Origin: Octopus vulgaris
Lineage: Eukaryota
NCBI GenBank assembly: GCA_951406725.2
Contig: OX597842.1
Coordinates: 18,600,001 to 18,664,000, forward strand
Direction: 5' to 3'
DNA: 64,000 bases
Below, in pieces: positions 57,453-64,000 of this stretch. The notes beneath the pieces are model-generated. The model was given only the letters and a program-made list of their open reading frames with translations. It was not told where the DNA came from and searched no databases. The translations under genes and the position numbers were made by a program. Each line of letters starts with the position of its first letter. Position 1 is the stretch's first letter.

Positions 57453-58850
57453 ACTTAAGAGATATGTGTTTTCAACGGCGTAGATTACCCGATCATAGAC
57501 TGGCCACGGGCAAATGCAGAATTATAGATGTTGTATACATTACCAGTAATAATGCGTTTTGGGAATGAAATCCTTCTAAAAAGTTGCATCGTAACAATTG
57601 ACGGTACTGCTCTCCGGCCACGGAATGAAGCTCATTATATTCTGCATCAGGGTAGGCATAAATGCTCTAAAACCCACTGTTGCTTCCGCTCAGGAAAGAG
57701 TTGTCCCATTCCTTTGCTTTTTAATGAAATACTTAAGAGATATGTGTTTTCAACGGCGTAGATTACCCGATCTTAGACAGGCCACGGGCAAATGCAGAAT
57801 TATAGATGTTGTATACATTACCAGTAATAATGCGTTTTGGGAATGAAATCCTTCTAAAAAGTTGCATCGTAACAATTGACGGTACTGCTCTCCGGCCACG
57901 GAATGAAGCTCATTATATTCTGCGTCAGGGTAGGCATAAATGCTCAAAAACCCACTGTTGCTTCCGCTCAGGAAGAAGTTGTCCCTTTCCTTTGCTTTTT
58001 AATGAAATACTTAAGAGATATGTGTTTTCAACGGCGTAGATTACACGATCATAGACAGGCCACGGGCAAATGCAGAATTATAGATGTTGTATACATTACC
58101 AGTAATAATGCGTTTTGGGAATGAAATCCTTCTAAAAAGTTGCATCGTAACAATTGACGGTACTGCTCTCCGGCCACGGAATGAAGCTCATTATATTCTG
58201 CATCAGGGTAGGCATAAATGCTCTAAAACCCACTGTTGCTTCCGCTCAGGAAAGAGTTGTCCCATTCCTTTGCTTTTTAATGAAATACTTAAGAGATATG
58301 TGTTTTCAACGGCGTAGATTACCCGATCTTAGACAGGCCACGGGCAAATGCAGAATTATAGATGTTGTATACATTACCAGTAATAATGCGTTTTGGGAAT
58401 GAAATCCTTCTAAAAAGTTGCATCGTAACAATTGACGGTACTGCTCTCCGGCCACGGAATGAAGCTCATTATATTCTGCATCAGGGTAGGCATAAATGCT
58501 CTAAAACCCACTGTTGCTTCCGCTCAGGAAAGAGTTGTCCCATTCCTTTGCTTTTTAATGAAATACTTAAGAGATATGTGTTTTCAACGGCGTAGATTAC
58601 CCGATCTTAGACAGGCCACGGGCAAATGCAGAATTATAGATGTTGTATACATTACCAGTAATAATGCGTTTTGGGAATGAAATCCTTCTAAAAAGTTGCA
58701 TCGTAACAATTAAGGGTAACGCGCCGGCCACGGAATCAGCTCTCCGGCCACGGAATGAAGCTCATTATATTCTGCATCAGGGTTGGCATAAATGCTCAAA
58801 AACCCAGTGTTGCTTCCGCTCAGGAAGAAGTTGTCCCTTTCCTTTGCTTT
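43700..58850 (+). repeat. Seven further 278-bp blocks of 2-5 monomers within higher-order repeats
   Basis: Blocks at ~43700-44650, 45745-46626, 48030-48978, 50075-51510, 53150-53820, 54915-56350 and 57445-58850. Confidence 0.95.
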
Positions 58851-58954
58851 TTATATACTTCATCGCCAATCGTCTCTAACCATGTCTCCTTCTCCAACTG
58901 TTTGGATATCTAGTCACTTACGATGGACTCTAGGATTACACACCGAGTCAAAAA

Positions 58955-59054
58955 NNNNNNNNNNNNNNNNNNNNNNNNNNNNNNNNNNNNNNNNNNNNNN
59001 NNNNNNNNNNNNNNNNNNNNNNNNNNNNNNNNNNNNNNNNNNNNNNNNNNNNNN
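58955..59054. other. Assembly gap (100 N)
   Basis: Run of N. Confidence 1.
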
Positions 59055-59650
59055 ACATGTGGGTCCACAAACCTTATGAGAGCCTTGTGACTCCAAAATT
59101 CGGAAGGTACGAGGACATACCTGCGGCCTCCATCGTACTCCTAACAACAGAGTTCTTTTAATAGAACTGCAACCTCACTCCCAACAAGAACAGAGGCACG
59201 TGAAACCCATACAACGGGGAAAACTACACAGGGTATCTATCACACTATCTCCCTCTCAGCCCCTTTCAAGCATACGCTCACACAACTTCGCTCACACTAT
59301 CACAGAAACACCCACATTCACAGAGACATGTCATACAGACACTAGATACAGGAAAGATACAGGATAGATTATAGGAAGGTTTACGTCAATATCCAACACA
59401 GCTGAATCTAGGAGTATTTGTGGAGGCTCGAAATCCATGAGATGTTAAACAACTCTCGGTAATTGCATTCCAATGACGTAAACAAATACTAATAGAAACA
59501 CGATACATATACACATGCTAGCACTTGACAGGGACAATGAACACACAAACATATATGTATATATATATATATATATAATATATCAATATATATATATATA
59601 TATATATGAATAAATGAAAGAATGGATTTGAATGACGAATTAACAAAATT

Positions 59651-59745
59651 CCTTTATTCTCGACATATGTTTCGAAGGCTGCATATTCCTAATTTCGAAG
59701 GAATAAGGTGTGCATTATGCCGCCTTCTCATCAGGAAAAACAAGG
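59651..59745 (-). ncRNA. Type I minimal hammerhead ribozyme with intact core (Penelope-type)
   Basis: Minus: ccttgtttttc CTGATGA gaaggc [~42-nt loop] gccttc GAAACATATGTC gagaataaagg; palindromic acatatgt stem III and GUC site. Confidence 0.75.
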
Positions 59746-60696
59746 AAAAACTTATGTCAGCATCAAGATGAACAACAACTTTTAGATGAATGCCCACACG
59801 GGCAGTCATGGGCTCTGTGTGGGCAGTAATAACCATTATAATTTATGCGTCTCGAAACAAACCGATAGAAATTTCTAAAAAATCTGTTATTACCGTATTC
59901 GATATGTGCTGAATATTTTCTATTTTGTATATATTTGGGGTACTTAGGTCTGCTCAGGACTTAATGCTTGCTTTTTCCATGGGTATGAGTAAGTATTTCA
60001 TCTATATCTCACGTATTTATCGCTGTAGAGGGGAAAATTCTTATGAATTAACCCCGAAATGTGGACTGAATAATTATACCTCTGCCCTCTCAGTCCGCCA
60101 ACGTCTTTGACAGACTACGAGGCTACAAACAGTAAAGTGTCAAAACACTCCTTTCTGTAGTGGATTAATTGACATTTTAAGCCGAGATAGTATTCGTAAC
60201 ATTTTAAATTCAGTTAACACACGGCTAATGGCGGTTTTTAAAGAATTAATGTTGTGAATGGTGTATAAATATAAAAAAAGTCTTCTAGTGCTGGCTGGCA
60301 ATGGATGAGCGCCACCACGTTAAGCAAACTTCGTATTGCGCATAGTGCAATCAGCCAACAATTTAGAAAGTGGAAGCGGATCGTTCAGGTAATTTCAGTG
60401 GATTGCTGGTTTGCGGAATCAGGTCTCATATTCAGTGTTTTTGTTCAAATAAATGATGAAGAATGCTCGATAAATATTAATGGTACAAAGGTGGGAAACG
60501 GATGCATTTTCCAGACAATAGCGTACACCATCGAATAACATGCATCTAGTGGAGATACAGCCGATGACGTTGAAAAACAAAACACTTAAAAAGCAATTAC
60601 AACTAGGCTTCGTATTAAGTTTGCTTATTGGATGCAGCTGCAATTTTAAACAGTAAATCTGTATGAGGAAGCAGAAACTTTATTAAGTGTTTATCA

Positions 60697-60990
60697 CCGT
60701 AATCACCGTGACCGACAAGGCTATCAGATGTTGTTATACATCGCTGGTCACAATGCACTTTGCATTGTTTTAGCCTTCAAATGATGCCACCCCGCTGGCT
60801 AAGCGAGCAGGCCAACAGAAAAAAGAGTGAGAGAAAGTTGAGGCGAAAGAGTACAGCAGGGATCGCCACCACCCCATGCCGGAACCTCGTGGACCTTTAG
60901 GTGTTTTCGCTCAATAAACACTCACAATGCCATGTCTGGGAATCGAAACCGCAAGTCCGCTGCCCTAACCACTGGGCCATTGTACCTCCA
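60697..60990 (-). mobile_element. tRNA-derived SINE
   Basis: Head ggaggtacaatggcccagtggttagg...ggtttcgattccc on the minus strand; shares head and body with 20976-21358 but has a different tail. Confidence 0.85.
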
Positions 60991-61228
60991 AATTAAGGTG
61001 TTTATAAAGTGTTATAAATATTGAAAAAATTACAATTGATGTTATATTTAGAACCGGCACTATAAGAAGTAAATCAATTTTGTTACTTTTCTTTTAAGAT
61101 TTGACATTTAAATACACACACACACTCACACACATTACACCCCCCCACACACACACTTTCTCTCGCTCTTTCTTCTGTTGGCCTGCTCGCTTAGTACGGG
61201 ATTCAAGCCTCTTCTTATCTCCTCAAAG

Positions 61229-61700
61229 ACATACAGCATCTCGAAAGAGTCCAGAAGCTGGCTACCCGCATGGTTCTTGGTCTCAAGCATTTGTCTTATG
61301 AAGAAAGGCTGAAGACGCTCGACCTTTATTCTCTAGAAAAACGACGACGCTGTGGTGATCTCATTCTTGCTTACAACATCATAAGCGGAAAATGTAACCT
61401 CTCGAAAGAGCTGTTCTTCACTCCTGCTCCAGAGCGTCGGCTGCGGGGTCACTCCGTAAAGCTCTATCTGCGACGATTTCATCTCAATGGAAGGAGAGGG
61501 GCTTTCACCGTCCGGGTTGCGGATCCGTGGAATAAGCTGTCGGACGAGATAGTGAAGATGCCGACGACTGTTCGGTTCAAAGTCTCCCTTGACCAGAAAT
61601 GGCCTGAAATCTTTGCATGAACACCCACCCTGTACATAACTCCATGTCCCCCTACATGGCCTTGCTTTTTGCTTTTTGAACCCAAAAATTAACTAACTAC

Positions 61701-61731
<31 letters not shown>

Positions 61732-61749
61732 CCTAACTAACTAACTAAC
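61229..61749 (+). mobile_element. 3' end of a CR1-clade LINE with (TAAC)n tail
   Basis: GLKHLSYEERLKTLDLYSLEKRR..GDLI..Y.I...RLRGHS.KL...F..RV.D.WN.L C-terminus, short 3' UTR, (CTAA)n. Confidence 0.92.
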
Positions 61750-61794
<45 letters not shown>

Positions 61795-61890
61795 TGTAGG
61801 TATGTTCATATATGTATGCATATATGCATATATTTATATATTATTTATATTATTATATGATCGAACGCCACGCATCCCTTTCCAAGTAAA

Positions 61891-61977
<87 letters not shown>

Positions 61978-62167
61978 CCAATGCGGAGTAAATAATTGTC
62001 GAGAAAAAATAATTCACAAAAAATAGTCTGTGAAGATACCATAGACTATTTTATTATCTAGTGTAACTATTTAAAAATGAAAATAACAGAATCAAGAAAA
62101 TAGGCAATTGCAGCTCTACAAAAAAAAAATAACATTAAGTAGCTGAAGTTTTAAAATCTATCAGAGG

Positions 62168-62573
62168 ACATACGAAGTATGTTTACCCGCTGGAAATAAC
62201 AGTTGAATCTCCTATTTAAATCGCCAAAATACACTGATAATGACTACAGAAATCAACCGTCCGAAGGCAAACGGACAAAGACGATCTCCCAACTTACATT
62301 TAAATATTTGGACTCACATGGACGGGTTTCTACACTGGCAAAAATAGCCTCAGCTTCTTCAGCTCGTGTTACTATGATAGAGACTTCCAACCCGTCGGGT
62401 TGAATTCTGCGCTTTGACAGATTCGTTTTGTGCCGAGATCAAGTTGGGAGGTTGATTGTCTTCGCCCGTTTGCCTTCGGACGGATGATTTTGGTAGTTAT
62501 TGTCAGTGTATTTTTGGCGGTTTAAATAAGAGTTTTGACTGTTATTTCCACCCGGTAGACATACTTAGTATGT
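62168..62573. mobile_element. MITE/foldback with ~130-bp imperfect TIRs
   Basis: 62168-62295 is approximately the reverse complement of 62441-62573. Confidence 0.8.
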
Positions 62574-62807
62574 ACTTAGATTCATTTTCATATACATACA
62601 TACATACACACATACATACACACATGCATACATACATATATACATAAATACACACATACATACACACATACATACATACACACATACATACACACATACA
62701 TACATACGTACGTACGTACGTACGTACATACATACATACATATATACACACATACATACACATATACATACATACATAAATAAATACATATATATATATA
62801 TATATAT

Positions 62808-62855
<48 letters not shown>

Positions 62856-62870
62856 GTATGTATGTATGTA

Positions 62871-62922
<52 letters not shown>

Positions 62923-62932
62923 CGTATATATA

Positions 62933-63230
62933 GAGGCGCAATGGCCCATTGGTTATGGCAGCGGACTCGCGGTCGGAAGATCGTGGTTTCGATTCCCAGA
63001 CCGGGCGTTGTGTGTGTTTATTGAGCGAAAATACCTAAAAGCTCCACGAGTCTCCGACAGCGAGTGGTGGCGACCCCTGTTGTACTCTTTTGCTCCAACT
63101 TTCTCTCACTCTTCCTGTTTCTTGGGTAACGCTGCGATGGACTGGCGTCCCGTCGAGCTGGGGAGAACAAATAATCCACAGAAACCGGGAAACCGGGCCC
63201 ATGATCCTGGCTAGGCTTGAAAAGGGTGCA
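62933..63230 (+). mobile_element. tRNA-derived SINE
   Basis: gaggcgcaatggcccattggtta (A box) ... ggtttcgattccc (B box). Confidence 0.85.
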
Positions 63231-63246
63231 TAAATATATATATATA

Positions 63247-63402
63247 TATACAATAATATGTTACATTACTCGATAGTCAAGATAAAATTTTTTTAGTTTT
63301 ATAGCCAGATAACCGAAGAGATGGTGTTGTGGATTTCCACTTTGGCATCTGGAACTCAGAGTTTTATCTTGACTATCGAGTAATGTAACATATTATTGTA
63401 TA
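63247..63402. repeat. Perfect ~41-bp inverted repeat with ~75-bp spacer
   Basis: tatacaataatatgttacattactcgatagtcaagataaaa / ttttatcttgactatcgagtaatgtaacatattattgtata. Confidence 0.9.
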
Positions 63403-63470
63403 GATAAATTTCCTCTATTTACATAATATTGAGGTCTATTTCTTTCTTTTGTCATCTTACCGTTTTACCA

Positions 63471-63525
<55 letters not shown>

Positions 63526-63611
63526 GTATAATGATATACACGAAAACACACGAATGCATACATAGATATACATTCGGTGTGAATGTTTTTTTATTATTGC
63601 GGCACCGTGAC

Positions 63612-63792
63612 TTAAAAATGTGAGTCACGTTTTCGACCCTCTTCCCACACATTCTGCAGAGGTCCGCTGCACTCGTCTGGTATATTTTCTTTTTCCCTGA
63701 GTCGGTATTCAATGCCTGGCAGCGATGATGAGGATTCCAGGATTCTCTCTTAGGTCCCCCCTTGTTGAGCCACCTCCATGATGCTTCGTGGT
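63612..63792 (-). pseudogene. R4/Dong-like non-LTR retrotransposon fragment (pre-RLE zinc knuckle)
   Basis: SWRWLNKGDL...IIA.QALNTD..KKKIYQTSAADLCRMCGKRVENVTHI matches WL..G.L...E..I.AAQ.QAL.T...CR.C....E...HI. Confidence 0.7.
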
Positions 63793-63809
63793 CTTTTAAT
63801 TATTATCAC

Positions 63810-63920
63810 CATAATCATCATCATCCTCATTATCGTATCGTCGTCATCATCATCATCATCTTAATTATCATCATCCTCATCATCGTCATCGTCGTCATCA
63901 TCATCATCATCATCTCAATT

Positions 63921-63965
<45 letters not shown>

Positions 63966-63995
63966 GTCGTCGTCGTCGTCGTCGTCTTCGTCATT
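63810..63995. repeat. (CAT)n/(CGT)n microsatellite
   Basis: Visible trinucleotide runs. Confidence 0.95.
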
Positions 63996-64000
63996 CTTTT

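Larger units (their letters stand above)
17735..58850. repeat. Composite macro-array: 278-bp satellite blocks, HERO-like fragments and decayed RT spacers
   Basis: The module order recurs; the HERO-like 3' UTR occurs 11 times (~18.8, 23.5, 29.1, 37.1, 43.3, 45.1, 47.6, 49.4, 52.7, 54.3, 56.8 kb). Confidence 0.95.

Noticed and set aside
22050-58850. CRISPR-like array
   Set aside because: Head-to-tail 278-bp monomers with no unique spacers, no cas genes, eukaryotic context.
26313-58879. Tandem family of 73-82 aa genes (MKLIIFC..., MLYTLPV...)
   Set aside because: 278 is not a multiple of 3; the ORFs overlap in different frames, are broken in some units, and are explained as frameshifted RT remnants.
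59900-60660. Short ORFs in apparently unique sequence
   Set aside because: No recognisable domain or splice support; lengths are compatible with chance.

Overview
AT-rich, repeat-saturated eukaryotic (animal) DNA. The tRNA-derived SINEs and (TA)n/(TACA)n/(CAT)n microsatellites resemble cephalopod (Octopus-like) genomes; this is inference. No intact host protein-coding gene is supported. Positions 1-17.7 kb and 59-64 kb are a mosaic of SINEs, MITEs, a non-autonomous Helitron, a decayed hAT element, Penelope-like fragments (a GIY-YIG piece and minimal hammerhead motifs) and CR1 and R4/Dong LINE ends. Positions ~17.7-58.85 kb are one composite tandem array that stops just before a 100-N assembly gap. 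The array holds ~55-60 copies of a 278-bp satellite whose monomer reads as a decayed CR1/Jockey-type reverse-transcriptase segment, with its progenitor still in the flanks. It also holds 11 co-amplified copies of the 3' part of a HERO-like RLE non-LTR retrotransposon and shows higher-order periods of 4329 and 2531 bp. The most unusual signal is in the HERO-like 3' UTR: all hammerhead-ribozyme core elements (GUC, GAAAC, CUGAUGA, paired stems I and III) in a non-canonical, pseudoknotted order. Coordinates were read by eye and may be off by a few bases.
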